A stretch of 56,829 bases of DNA, counting the filler, from Sphacelaria rigidula (taxonomy: Eukaryota): assembly GCA_964200075.2 (NCBI GenBank). It is 7 parts of 7 records of this genome, joined end to end, with 100 filler letters (N's around TTAATTAATTAA, not from the genome) between each part and the next. Parts side by side here need not be neighbours in the genome. Positions count along the whole stretch, not along the records: positions 32,534 to 40,565 come from CAXNAA020012566.1; positions 40,666 to 48,697 come from CAXNAA020012567.1; 5 more parts are not named here. One strand, given 5' to 3'. The notes beneath the pieces are model-generated. The model saw only the letters and a list, made by a program, of their open reading frames with translations, was not told the DNA's origin and searched no databases. A program made the translations under genes and the position numbers. Positions 35,501 to 48,172 of the stretch are shown here, in pieces. Position 1 is the first letter of the stretch; the number at the start of each line of letters is the position of its first letter.

Positions 35501-38500
35501 CACCACGGCCGTGCGTTATCCTGAGGTTGACTCGCACTTTAACCGACATACGGCAAAAAAGGCCAACATACGGGTGGCTAAACATCAGTCGATATGGCCA
35601 AGGTTGCAATGAATACCAAGCACGCCGACCCCGCAAAACGGTTCATAATCGTTCATAGCTGCTCACAGGCCACACAACTTCGCAATTACCTTTCCAACGA
35701 CCATCGAAATATTTGCGGCAAAAAACAATTTCAAAGTCATCAGCTTACGCGTCGTACAAGTATGTCATGTCCGTCATGGATTATCCACCGACCTCCGCAC
35801 GTTTCCGAATAAGTCACCCATTCCGGGAGAGCAAATGCTGGTTGACCGAGTTTGTACTACATACGGTATACAATAAAAGTTGTACTCAGATCAAGCGAAA
35901 GCCTTTGAAACTCGAGAGGGCAACCAGTTGCAGACGCTGCTCCCTCTTTGAGGAAACGCGAACGACTCCGTTTCGCCCTCAAGTCAACTCAATCTCAGAG
36001 CGGGTACATTCAAATGTAAACGTCACGTTAGCTATTCACACGCCAGTCCCCAAGACTAGGCGAATGGCGTATAACACACTCCGTTCCACACGCCGTGCCA
36101 GAGACGGTGCTTCCCAGTGTTTAGATGTCAGCCAAAAGTACTGGTTGATGGTATGATCCTGACGCATTCTCAACGAAAACACGCAGCAGATGCCGAATGG
36201 TATTCTAGCGACAGCTCCTGATAAGTTCTTGTGCTCGCAAGACGCAACTTGAAAGGACGTGCGACCAAGCAGAAAGCGAGTAATGACGTAACTGAAATAT
36301 TGATCCCTCGTTTTACACCCGGCCTGAAAGCACTACTCAACGGGCCATATCAGGATTCCAACCGACCTAATCACAAATTGTCGTTGCCGTAGCCAGGGCC
36401 ATACATAAGTCAACATTAGCCATTACTCGTGATATACCGAGTTAAGCTGGGCACCGACGCCATCAAAACGTCGGTGCGCCTCGCTCGCTTGAAACGGTAC
36501 TTTCCGCGAGATGAACAACCGGAATCGGATTCCGGTATACTTAATTGTCATTTTCATATTCGGGCAAAGCCTCAACAAAACCGGGGATAACCCTCTAATG
36601 CAGCGCAACCCAAATTCGAACGCTACACCGTTGACAAAGGAGTTGGCAGTCCGTCTGGTCGACGCAGAGAGAAACAACCGCAGCTACAACACCGTCGAGG
36701 GACACAGAGGCTCCCGTTCCTCCACCGGCCTCGTGTATATAGAACGGGAGAGGTGCCTCAGTGTCACCACCTCACAGACGGGTAACCAAAGTCAAACACA
36801 ACGTGAACAACTCACCCCTCACCTGAACCGCCATCTCAGTACATAAGACAAAGGAAGGAGGGAACGAACTGGTGTATTAGCTGTACTCACACCTCTTCAG
36901 GATGTGTCCCACCACGAGGACGAGAACCGTCCATGTGAAAAATGCGAGGAAATCATCTACGAATTGAAATCACTTGAACACGTATCAGAAGAAGAAAAAG
37001 GACGTCATACTACTGTGGCTACAGCCACCCGTGCGTCAGTGGTCAAGGAAGACCCGATTCAAAGCAAGGATTGGGCTCTCATCAGCAAAAGGGGTAGTTC
37101 CTCATGAAGGATGGCCGTGAAAGGGTTTCGACTCAGAGTAAATACTGCACTCACGTGATTTGCCCGCCCCTCTCGTTGTAGATCGCGCCGCCTGCGGCAC
37201 CCTCGCAGTTGCAGTCGACCCCGTTGTCAGCGAAGAGGCTACCATCGTTGAAATACATCACGCCCCGATTTTCCACAGCGCCACCGGAGAACTGCCGGAA
37301 AGGAGCAGTCAAACCGAGAACCAAGCTTGATTCGATGCGTTATGCCTTTTGGTTTGGTTTAATTACGCTTCGCTTTCCGACTTGGTTTGGTCGTGGGTTC
37401 GATTGGTTTTGTTGACTTTCGGGTTTTGCTTGTTCATTTGCTTCGTTTTTTGTTTCATCTAATTCAATTTTCATTTCAATTTTGTCCGATTCAACACATG
37501 CAAAACGTTCAGCCGCAGCAATCCTGTCGGCAGTAGACGAAGCCCACAAAACAAACGCCGCCCGCAGGTGGCCAGATATCACGAAAGCCAGAAGGGAAGC
37601 CAACGGGAAACTGATCACTCCTGGAATACCGAACGAAATCAAGACACACCCATGTCCACCACCCCTGTCACAGAATGCATCCTCGAGGTGGATGGATGGT
37701 CTCTGCCGTCATTTACGGTTTAATTCACGAGCCGAGGAAATAGCGTCCACGTAAGGCCGGCCCGTGTATGTTGTCCTTCAGGCAGTTTACTTTGTTTCAG
37801 AACCCTTCCGCACATGTGGGTGTCGTCAGAACTGCCCGTACGTGTATTTGAATGATAAAAACGAGTGTGCCCCCCTGACACGCACTCTAAAACGAAGAGC
37901 TGAAAGGCTAATCGTCACAGCCCCAAGACAAATCGAATGCGGTTCGTTGTCCAGTGTACATAGACACCTGCCTGAATTAGGTGTTGACACGTCAACGTTC
38001 TTGTAACATCTCAAAATTGTACCGTTGATGGAAGTGATCCGTCCAATACTGGTGCCTATTTTCGTGTCGGGGTATCTTGATGTTTTTGATGCCTTGCATA
38101 GTCGGGAACAACCTGAATCAACCCTCCGACTCTCGGAGAGCCCGCAAACATATGGTAGGGGAGGTGCTTATAGGTTGACCGTGACGCAGTTTACTCCCGA
38201 CATTTCAAGAGACCAAAACTAAAAGGTGTTCGCCGGTGAAAGCACACGATTCGATATTTCTAGCATTGCCAACATCTAACAACAGGGTACAGTGTTTGGG
38301 TTTTCGGCTTCGAATTTGTTCACATTGGGACCGTAATGGGGGGTCGAGAAGAAGGCCATCGAGCACCTCACACAGTGTCGTCGGCATCGGGACAATCAAC
38401 CCACAGCCACTGGACAATCGACCCTCGCCCTCGACCCGCGGGGATTTCAGCGCTCGCGCAAACAAACAAGGCATCACCAATGGACTCACACCGTATCCAA

Positions 38501-40158
38501 AATTGCTCGTGAAGTTGACCATGCTGTTGAACGTGCACGTCGCCGGCCTGCTTTGGTAGATGCCTCCTCCGAACTGCGGGAATGATCAAGGGACGACAGC
38601 CGAGATCTTCACTGTCAGCATCAAACCGTGACAAGAGTCAGCGTTAGACCCTGAGCAAAATACCCGCACTTTCGTCCGCACGGGTGAGTTGCGCAAGCGA
38701 TACATTCATGCGGCGCCGGCACTGGAAATTCTAGCGTTCGGCGGATGAGGCAGCAAGAGTGCGATGGTATGTGAAGGAAAGCACGCGGAGAGATACCCCC
38801 CGTCCCCCCGCCCCATATTCCGGCATCATTCTTACCCCAGCTTTGTTCTCGTAAAACAGGGCTTCGCCTTCCACGATGATTTCACCGCGATTGAAAATTC
38901 CACCGCCGCTTCCATCCTGCCGAAATACGATTTAGACCGGGGCAGAGGAAAAACGTGTATGTGAACACATCCGGTCGATTAGTTGTTTCACGAAGCGAAT
39001 CAGGGAAAATGTGGGATCGCGACGGAGCTCACATTTGCACAAACAAATCGATACACGGTAAAGAGTTACTCAAGGCTATGATCACCCACAAACCCATCCA
39101 CGAAATGGATCTTCGCATTTTCTTCCTCGCTCATTTGTCCGGTAAACCAAGCGTGTATGTTCCATGGGGGAGAGAATGCACCAGCCGAGTGTACAAGGGT
39201 GCGCCGTCAGCGCCATCTCGGACACAACAACACGGTTGCCCTCCGGCGCTGCGTTCGCTGTCCTGTAGATATTTCTGCAAGTGTATCCAGTTTTGAAACA
39301 CCCTGTGACGAGTTCTACTGAACGACGAGCTTTTACTGTACATCCCCTTTCATGCTTCGAACGTTTCACAGCCTGCATAATACAGCATGTAATATATATT
39401 GCGCGCCCAATATGTCGACGTGTTGCGTATTCAATATATATTACGCCGGAAATATATCGCCATATTCCAATATGATCGACCGATGTATATTGAACACACA
39501 CTGCACTGTTCATGTTCAAAACGGCGGAGTACTCAGTGTATCAGGCTAGACGGAAATACGAAACGTTTAGATCAATCATTGTGCTAGGAACGGATGTATG
39601 CACACACAAAAATTCTCAAAATCTCATCTACAATTCTTCAAGGCGATTTACGCGGTGCGTCCCTTATCCGCAAGAGTTGCCACGACGTTGAGACTCCGCG
39701 AGGTCTCTCGAGCGGGTCGAGCCAAACGTAAACATCATGTTTGGCTGAGCGTCCGCAAAACAATTTTGGAACCGGACGTGATATATTATATTGGCGTCTC
39801 GTGTACGCAACATTGAATTTCACCTTCCAACAATGTGCATGACCCAACAATATGCATGACCAACCGTAAAGTGGCTTGCGTTCAGACAACAGCAAACTCT
39901 GACAAGACTGTAAAACAAAGGCATGCACCTCAGTAACTTCTCCTGATGACCTGAAGTGAAAAAACGATAACAAAGAAAGCGCTATTTTACATCCGCCACT
40001 ACCTCCACTTCGTTATCCAGCATCGTCAGTTCTCCGTTGAACATGATTTTTCCGGTTTCGGTGTTCGATATGGCGCCCGCCCTCGGAAATTGGTCGGAGT
40101 CGAATGTGCGAACCCAGTTCCTCACGAAGGTGGCGTCTTTCTCGAACGTCAATTCCCC
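32534..40158 (-). CDS. Polymorphic-outer-membrane-protein (POMP)/adhesin-like GGA(I/V)..FxxN repeat protein, internal exons 40158-40003, 38916-38836, 38573-38490, 37291-37155, 32564-32534 (cut by contig end)
   Basis: All have CAG acceptors and GT donors in matching phase: GELTFEKDATFVRN..AGAISNTETGKIMFNGELTMLDNEVE|DGSGGGIFNRGEIIVEGEALFYENKAG|FGGGIYQSRPATCTFNSMVNFTSNFGYG|FSGGAVENRGVMYFNDGSLFADN..AGGAIYNERGGQIT|LTGSTTFTGN. Confidence 0.82.
32805..33640 (-). mobile_element. Family B LINE-related fragment, interrupted by a hAT MITE, in an intron of the repeat-protein gene
   Basis: 32805-33078 and 33447-33640 are colinear with 16520-16965. Confidence 0.7.
33079..33446. mobile_element. hAT-type MITE (8-bp TSD TTCCAGAG)
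   Basis: CAGGGTTAGAAAAACTCCG ... CGGAGGTTTTCTAACCCTG TIRs. TTCCAGAG at 33071-33078 and 33447-33454. Confidence 0.9.
33703..33781 (-). mobile_element. Mini-retroposon (family A 3' end) with C-rich tail
   Basis: Matches 15536-15600. Degenerate TSD CTCAAGCGAGGTTGGG (33687-33702) / CTTAAACGAGGTGGGG (33782-33797), 13/16. Confidence 0.8.
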
Positions 40159-43100
40159 CTGGAAACACAACAACAGTGTGGTGTGACGGGAACATGGTGC
40201 GGACACGTTGGTCCTCTGACGGCGGAGGTGTGGATGTGTGTCCATGTGTGCCCTGTGCGGACGTGCTGTACTTGGGTTTCATGTGCAAACTGTACCAACG
40301 CCCTTGCAGTTGAGGTTATCCCGACATACCTCGCCATCACAAGGGTGAAAAAACCACGTGTGCACATACGTCCACGATCCTTTCTGTGGACTCCGCATGC
40401 GGCAGTAGTCATCTATCACCTCCATCAAACCAGGAGAGACACAAAGCAGAAAGAAGAAACGTTTTCACCCCGCAGCTGCGAACGCATTCTAGTGATGCTA
40501 CGGTAGGGGTACAGAAATAATTTCTGAGGTTAGAATTGTTAGGAGCCCCTCATCTCATCCAAAACNNNNNNNNNNNNNNNNNNNNNNNNNNNNNNNNNNN
40601 NNNNNNNNNTTAATTAATTAANNNNNNNNNNNNNNNNNNNNNNNNNNNNNNNNNNNNNNNNNNNNCCCTTGTCCCCTAGTCATCATCCAGGATCCACTAT
40701 ATACTCAACCGTGACGGCGTGATTTCGCCACAGGTACTACAACGCGGTTTCTTGCGTGCAATGAGGAGTGAGGAGGTTGTAACACTGCAGTGGTCTGCAT
40801 ATGACATAAATTATAGTTTCCTTCATGGTCGAATCCGCGCGTCTACCTTCGACGATGGGCACAGTTCTCGTGTAGACCTCAGCATCCGCACACGAACTGT
40901 CGCAAGAACCACCTGGGGCCAATCGCATACACTGAATTCATGGAGTCATGGACTCATATGAGCATTGCAAACATCCGATCCTCAGTTTCGGTCGAAACTA
41001 ATATTACACAATCATACGACTGGAATATCAGAGACACCCATATCCTGAACAAGGGTTCGGTTTCGCGAACCGACGTTTGACCTCCGGAACAAGTGAAATA
41101 TCGAATATGTCAATACGTTGTACCGCGGGAGCCACAACTTGAACCATATCTTCATACAACAACTGATCATACCCTGCACAAACGGGTACACTTCGTGAAA
41201 ACATCGTAGGAGACATGGCGATTTTGTCATCCAGAATGACTTAGGATGGCCGATTTTTGGAACCGACGACACACGATAGAAACAATTCTGCCGCATGATT
41301 GATTCCGCACTCACGTCAAGGGCCCTCCAACATATCATCTCGATGCAGCTTCTGAGGTAGTACAAACAGCCTGCATCGCCCACAATAGGCACGCCCGATC
41401 GTGTATCAGCGGACCCACTCAGTTCAACGGCCGTCACCCTTTTATTTCGGCGGGTTTTCGGAACCGATCACGATAGGACCATAACAAGGTAAGGGAATAT
41501 ATAGATAGGAGGACGAGGTAGAGAGGGAGTAGTAGTACGGCCATCACTTTGGCATTTCCATTTTCCGTTCCAAATATGTCGAATCAACCACAGGAGAGAG
41601 CATGTAACATGACACTAACATCAGCCTCACCACTGGACTAATCCTATTAACGTATATTCACATCCAGTGACTGAGAACAAGACGGACATAAAGACTGTTT
41701 CGAATTCACATTCAACAATCGCATATCATTTGAATGGTGTGGTCATTGACGAATCTACTCCACATATGCTGATTCGCGAAACCAACCGCGAGACGAACAT
41801 AAGTACTAAAGAACCGATGTGACAAATACTTAGAAAGATTATCTCGGAGTGAAAACTCTGCAGCCCTGCACCATCATGGCCTTGTCCTAACCGTGGAAGC
41901 GTCAGGAGGTCAACTTCGAAGAGGACCTTGCAGCGGAGAAGAGCAGACCCGGCGGCTAATTTCGTTTAGGGCGAAATATGGTTTTTCTGTTGAGTTTTTG
42001 ATCGTTGTTTGTTGTGGATACTACATTCAGATGGTTTCTCGTGTATTCAACCATGAATACAGGACACTCTGAACAGGTTCTGTTTTTTGCTGATAGCGCT
42101 ATGCCGTATATAGGCTAGACACGTCGTTAAGACATTTTGTTTCTTGACTTCCTCTGCGAGGTGATTGATTTACTGGTATGGGTGGTATGTGGCATGCTCC
42201 TTGCACTCTGTGACCACGGGTTTGAAAGATCGAGCTGATGTGACGAACATAATAACAATCATGTGTGGGCCTCACCACCGCAGGTATGAAGCACACCCCC
42301 CCAGCCCCTTGGAGACCGAGATACTATTCTTACAATCACAGACACCGACAGCAAGGGAGATGCACGGAAGAAGGCTTCAAAATACGAAGGAAGCCAAGAC
42401 GGACAAAACCAATGGGTCCGCCGAACACCGCGCATCGGAGGGTAACTGAACCACGCAATACGAGGCGCGTCGTACCCAGAACCCGCGGCCCAAGTCCGCG
42501 ACTCAGTGGGCCAGATAAGGATACCTATTGCGCGATGTGCGCCGAATTTATCACACGAATCCATACTCCGGCACGGAGTGCAACACATTCTCGAACCCCG
42601 ATAGCCGTCCTCACGGTACGCTGCTGCCTCCAACACCACAACGCGTCGGCGTCGACTTGTGGAGACAACTAATTTACCACGACCACAGAGGGATACATAA
42701 TTCGTCGTGACAGACGGGTAGGAACCGTCACCCCAACTCCCGGCGGGGCAGACTATCGTGGATACAAAGTGATGTTTTACTTCCCGCCCCCCTCCGTCCA
42801 TTCATGACGGAGTCGTTACACCAACAGCGCGGAGGCATTCTGTAGACGCTGGGCCAATCCTCACGACCCCCCATCCCACGGCCAGGCGAAAACCTCGCGT
42901 ACCGGCGACGGAATGTTTCCATCCCCGACCCACACGGTGGAGCATGCCTCTGTGAAACAGTCCCGCCGAGGTATCTGCACCTTCCGTCTACGTGCTCCGA
43001 GCGATTTCGTTGCCCCGAAGCGAAGGCCGCCTGCACATGGCGTCAAGGATTTGAGGTCATGGACGCGGCATGGATACACTGGGCGTAACCAAGTGTTGAA

Positions 43101-44479
43101 GAGAGAAAGAAACGAGATTTTTGAAGACGGGGGCGGCCGTGAACAGCGTGAGTATCGTGCGCATCGCCAAAGGGGTGGCGCGGATGCAATGCTCATGACA
43201 GCGGCGCCCGCACAACTTGCGCCGGCCACGACATTCTGTCGCCGAAATGGCAGGCATGGACAGCATTCGATGTGGGAGATGGGCGCTGAAGTGCAGAGGC
43301 AAGATGTAGGGTTAACATCATACCACAAAACGGCGAAGACAAGAAACTGTGTGAATGCAAACTGCGTTTCGACAGAACTACTCGCATTGTGAGTCCATAC
43401 TGCCGCGCCGCGGTGGTGTCATGGGACGTTTGGCACCAGTGAGATGGACGAAATGTGGATTCCATCCCCCAAGGTTTGTCTTGTTTACTTTGTGCATGTG
43501 ATCTCCCACCTTCATTCGAATATCAGTTGTTTCGACAATTACATACAGTAGGGGTCTCGGTTCAGCGGTCCCTACTGTCAAAACGGAAAATAACCGCGAA
43601 ACCGATTCAGCGGTTCTTAACCGCTACTCCGGGTCCTGGTTTAGCGGAAAACCCCGTCAACTCCGCATAAGAGCAGAGTGCGTTTGATAACATTTAATTT
43701 CGGTAGTGTCATGTGTGGCTGCTGCATACGGACCAAAACGTATGTAGACCAACACGTACATTGTACTTCGTAGTAAAACAAATCATGAGAACTGCAGCCC
43801 CTGCGCCTTGCTCACACCATTTCACCATCCTGATACGTGTTCACCACAACTGCCGGAGACCCCTTCCTACAGTACGCTACGTCATGTCTTCTTGCCAACA
43901 CATGTATAGTACAGAGTGTGTACTGCTGCACACGGGGCACACAAGAGCGCAGCGTGCGAGTTGAAGCATGAAGTTACTCTGAGGCAAAACGAAACAAAAC
44001 AAGCTCAAACATCCTCAACAACTGAACCCTTCAAAATCTTGACTCTTTGACCGCCAGGGTAGATCATTTGTGTCACGTATGAAATTGTTGAGTGAAAATG
44101 AGGCCGACGGCACAAACGGCCAAAAAGCTCACTCTCCATCAGAAGCTAGACGCCCAATCTCGCGGAAACCTTGTTAGGCGTAGGAAAGAGAACCCCCAAA
44201 CGTGAATCATTCCTTGAGCCGATTTCCCTCCTCTTCGATATAGGATCACGTCACTTTATGCACCCCATTGGAGTTTGTTGGTGAGATGCACCCTCGACAA
44301 CCAACGAGCCCCAAGTCTACGCACAGGCTTGCAGCACGGAGCACGTTCCGGCGGCAATGATCCACAGTTTCGATTGACTTTTCTATTTTGTACAAGCAAC
44401 GCAGCAGGCTAGTCCAGCAATTCAGTACATTTTCACGACAAACAGCGGACTGTGCAGGTAGTAGCCTCCTTTACAAGTA

Positions 44480-44696
44480 CAGTAGGGGTCCCGGTGCTGC
44501 TGCACGGCCGCTGTACTGTGGAGCACACAACCGCTATTCTGGCTGAAGCCGCCCCAAATAACCGTTAAACCGGCAACTGTCCGGTTTAGCGGCCATACAA
44601 CCGCTAAACCGGGGTTAAACGGTGCCAGCCGAACCTTGAACCGCTAAACCGGGACCAAACCCTAAACCGGTAACCGCTAAACCGGGACCCCTACTG
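44480..44696. mobile_element. Tc1/mariner-type MITE, CAGTAGGGGTCC family
   Basis: TA|CAGTAGGGGTCCCGGT ... ACCGGGACCCCTACTG|TA, perfect 16-bp TIR. Internal AACCGCTAAACCGG repeats. Degenerate relative at 43546-43650. Confidence 0.85.
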
Positions 44697-46509
44697 TAGC
44701 CCGACCGCGCGGCTCTACCAAAAGATACGAGTATTTTCGCATGCGAGGTCAGCACTGTAAGCGGATATAAGGAGCTTTCACTAGGGTTTTGGAAGAAAAT
44801 ACATGTAGGAAACGCCGCAACCACCAAGCCGTTGAAATCATTATATATCGTAAGCCCCGCACAGTGTTCGAGTATAGGGTCGCAGCACTTGGTGGTCGTC
44901 TCGACATCGAGGACACGCTGCGGCGGAGGCGTTGTATGACAGTTCGCGCGGGAATGGCATAACGTGCTGGGTGTGTCTTTCCCCATTTTTCTTCGGTCGA
45001 AGAGAACGGGCGATGAAATCAATTTAAGCGAAATTCTCTCATTTCTCTCGAGTTGTGTCAAAGCGAATTTTCAGGCTTTTTTATCGAAAAAAGACAGTGA
45101 AATTCATGAAGCGGTACATGGTCGCTTGCGAACAATACAGTCCTTACGGTCTGCACCCTCTGCATGCCGTGTGTGTTGAGTTGTTGGGTTCGTGTCTGCG
45201 TGTTTTGTGCAGCAGTAAGTGAAACAGGAGCGGACAACATGCAAAAGTGTTACCGCAACACCATCTGTTCTCTCTGTTCGTAATGCGAAGTGAAAAGGAC
45301 TCGGACAACGCGAAGCTGTATACATGCATTGTGTCCATGACCGCGTCCGCGAGGGGGTTGGCCACCCTACCACGCCGTCTTAACCCTGGTCCCTACTATG
45401 AAAGTGATGACCAGGTTCTTCGCCAACATGATATATGCACAGCATACCCAAGTACTGCAGTGCATCTATCCATGTGCCCAACTCCTGCTCTATGCTGCAG
45501 GGTTGCGTACGTAGCTAAGGACTGGTGGTGTGTAGTCTGCATGATTATGTGATGGTATCTGGTGTGGCGGTCTGCAGGGTAGAGGTCAAGCGCCTCTTTG
45601 TTCCCTTCGCCCGCATGTATTTGCTTCAAAAAAGGTTGGCTTTGTCGTTTATTACTTATTCTCCACTAGCTACTCGGGCAGTGTCTTACAAGCTGGTTCA
45701 GATTGAAAACCCAAAATTCTGTCATCAGCAGGAGCCTTCCGTAATAAGCACCCAATAGTCATGTACATGGTATCATACTGACCGCAATGAACAGACGACA
45801 AGGGTGACATAGCTGGAATTTTGTTCAAGGCTATAGCGGTGCCACTGTGGACAAAAATATGTCTCGACCAACCAACGCCCTTCAAGTTGTCCCGAAATTG
45901 AAAACACGAATTCCAAGCCCAATTTCTACCGAATCTTCACATGCCTCAAATCGTAGTAACCGTCATCAGCTTGGGAATCTAACGGGAGAAGCAGATTTGA
46001 AAACGGTTCCAACAGGGTCGAATTTTTCCCGAAACCGTACTGTTTCGGTAATGTGGAGCTTTGACGTCGTCTGATTTCCACTCATGATACGTATGAAAGA
46101 CCCACGAAGCCTAGTTAGATTCCCCTTTCATCTGTCGAAGAAAAGCCGATTGATTTGTTTTCGGCCGTTCGGCCGCATGGTTCAAGCACCAGCTGGAAAA
46201 TATATAAATATGTACTCCGAAAACAGTCAAGAATTCAACAGAAAAAAACACAACCAAACCGGACACGGTTAAGGGGTCGCGCATACACAAATTCCCCGAC
46301 TTATTGGACAGAGGAAGTACGATAGTTGAAATCACGACCTTTTCAATCGGAGTCTTCATTTTCCACCGTACATTTTCCAAAGAGGAATGACAATCCGAGG
46401 CACGCCTTAACGATATAAAACTTGTTGATGTCAACTAGGAAAGAAATCCGGTGAACATATCCGATGACATTTTTTTTATCTACCGCACTTTCTCAAGCGA
46501 CGAAGACAG

Positions 46510-46900
46510 CACACGCGGCCATCCGGCTACCCCCCAAAATACGCTATTCCGGTCAACTTTTCGAGCCTCCGGAGGAATTACACGCCTCTAGAGGTTGCGC
46601 GACTCTTCAGAGGGGTGGGATCGAACACCTCCACAGGCTTGTTTTGCCTCTGATGGGCCGCGCACCCTCTGGAGGAACTTGGAGGATGCGCAGCCCTCCA
46701 GAGCACCATCGTTTCTGTTACTCTCGAGGGATTCAGACCTCAAGCATCAGATTCCCTCCAGAGGATTCGTTTTATGACCGGAACTGAGTATGAAATACCC
46801 TCGGGAAGATATTTTTATCCTCCGGAGGTTCACTTTACCCTCGAGAGGATGAAAATCGCGATAGAGAATGTTTATGGGGGTAGCCGAATGGCCACGTGTG
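46510..46900. mobile_element. CACTA/CMC-like MITE copy 1 (2-bp TSD AG)
   Basis: AG|CACACGCGGCCATCCGGCTACCCCC ... GGGGGTAGCCGAATGGCCACGTGTG|AG. Internal CCTCYRGAGG palindromes. Confidence 0.8.
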
Positions 46901-47123
46901 AGATACGAAGGCGCGCACTGACCGCGACAGGAACACCGCTAAGTGAACGGTGTCCAGCGAATTAAGTAATTTGCGCGTAGCGCGAGTATGCCCGAGCGTC
47001 CAAGATCGGCACCTGACAAACACCAAGTACCCGTCCAAAGTCAGGCAAAAACTGGCGATGGAGTATGTCCTGTTTCACTGTACTGCAGCACCAACACACT
47101 CATGTCCGCTCTCATGTGCTGTA

Positions 47124-47569
47124 CAGTAGTGGGCGGTCCCCAATTTTCGTAAATATTTGTATGCGCTCCACATTCCAAGAGAAAGCAAATCATCTGTACT
47201 CAAGTTTGAGTGACTTTCGGGCTGAATGGTCATCGGGGATCCTGCCACGTTTTAGCCCAGATACTTACTCTTCAGCATTATCGGTCGATCGAGCCAGCCC
47301 CGGTCGATTTCTTTTTTGAAATTCCAACCTGCTCATTGCACTAGAGCCGAAATCTGTGTTTCACGGTCAAAACCACCCTCCTGATACACGGGGTATTTAC
47401 TCGTACCGCCCGATGCCACCAACTAACACTGACTTGGGCACTTTGTTTCGAGGATGATCTGTTTATTGTACCAAAATCTACCGACGCTAGCAACTGCGAG
47501 TGTCTTCGAAGACTAGTACGCGAGGAAAAACACCAAACCTCCCCTGAATAGTTAGACCGCCCACTACTG
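47124..47569. mobile_element. Tc1/mariner-type MITE, CAGTAGTGGGCGG family copy 2
   Basis: TA|CAGTAGTGGGCGGTC ... GACCGCCCACTACTG|TA. Homologous to 2628-3171 but with a left internal deletion. Confidence 0.85.
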
Positions 47570-48106
47570 TAGCTATCACTGTCCTGTGGTGTATTTACAC
47601 CTTGCGAACACAATTTGGTCTCCGCTGAGAATACCTGAGTTGCTGTATTGTTGTGCTTGTCTCTCTGCAAAATATAGTTTCATTTGGGACACGGTGTTGT
47701 TTACGCACTTATCTTTCGAAAAGTTCATGTGACTCAGACCCATTGTTTGCGCGATATCGAACATGGCTGGGTAAAGACACACGACCAGCGCCCGTATACA
47801 CCGTTCGACTGGCTGGGCCAGACCCCGTGCTCCAATAAGAGGAGCACCCCGCGGAGCAGTGCAGATATACTGCACCGCCAGGGTACTGCTTGCACCCGTC
47901 AGCATGGTGATCGCTGCCGCTGCCACTGGCATCGGCGCCAGCGCTCGCGGACACGGGAGACCACGACGAGCCATACTAAGATGGGGGTATACTGATTCAC
48001 GAGCATCGCAATGACGCCCTGCGGCGGCAATGTACCACTCGCTGTCTGCTCGTCTGCTTGCAGCTTGATTCTCTGCTGCTGTTCCATCCGTCCCGCCGCT
48101 ACTGGT

Positions 48107-48172
48107 CCGTCTCGAAAGGGATGCGTGGTCAATGATCAAATGGCTAAGGCAAGCAACAAATGAGTATGAGTA
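48107..48172 (+). mobile_element. Mini-retroposon (family A 3' end) without C tail
   Basis: CCGTCTCGAAAGGGATGCGTGGTCAATGATCAAATGGCTAAGGCAAGCAACAAATGAGTATGAGTA. TSD CGCTACTGGT (48097-48106) / CGCTACTGTT (48173-48182). Confidence 0.82.

Noticed and set aside
41905-43030. Exon-like segments EVNFEEDLAAEKSRPGG* (+) and GLRFGATK...GNIPSP (-)
   Set aside because: Splice-like sites are present, but there is no homology or compatible partner exon.
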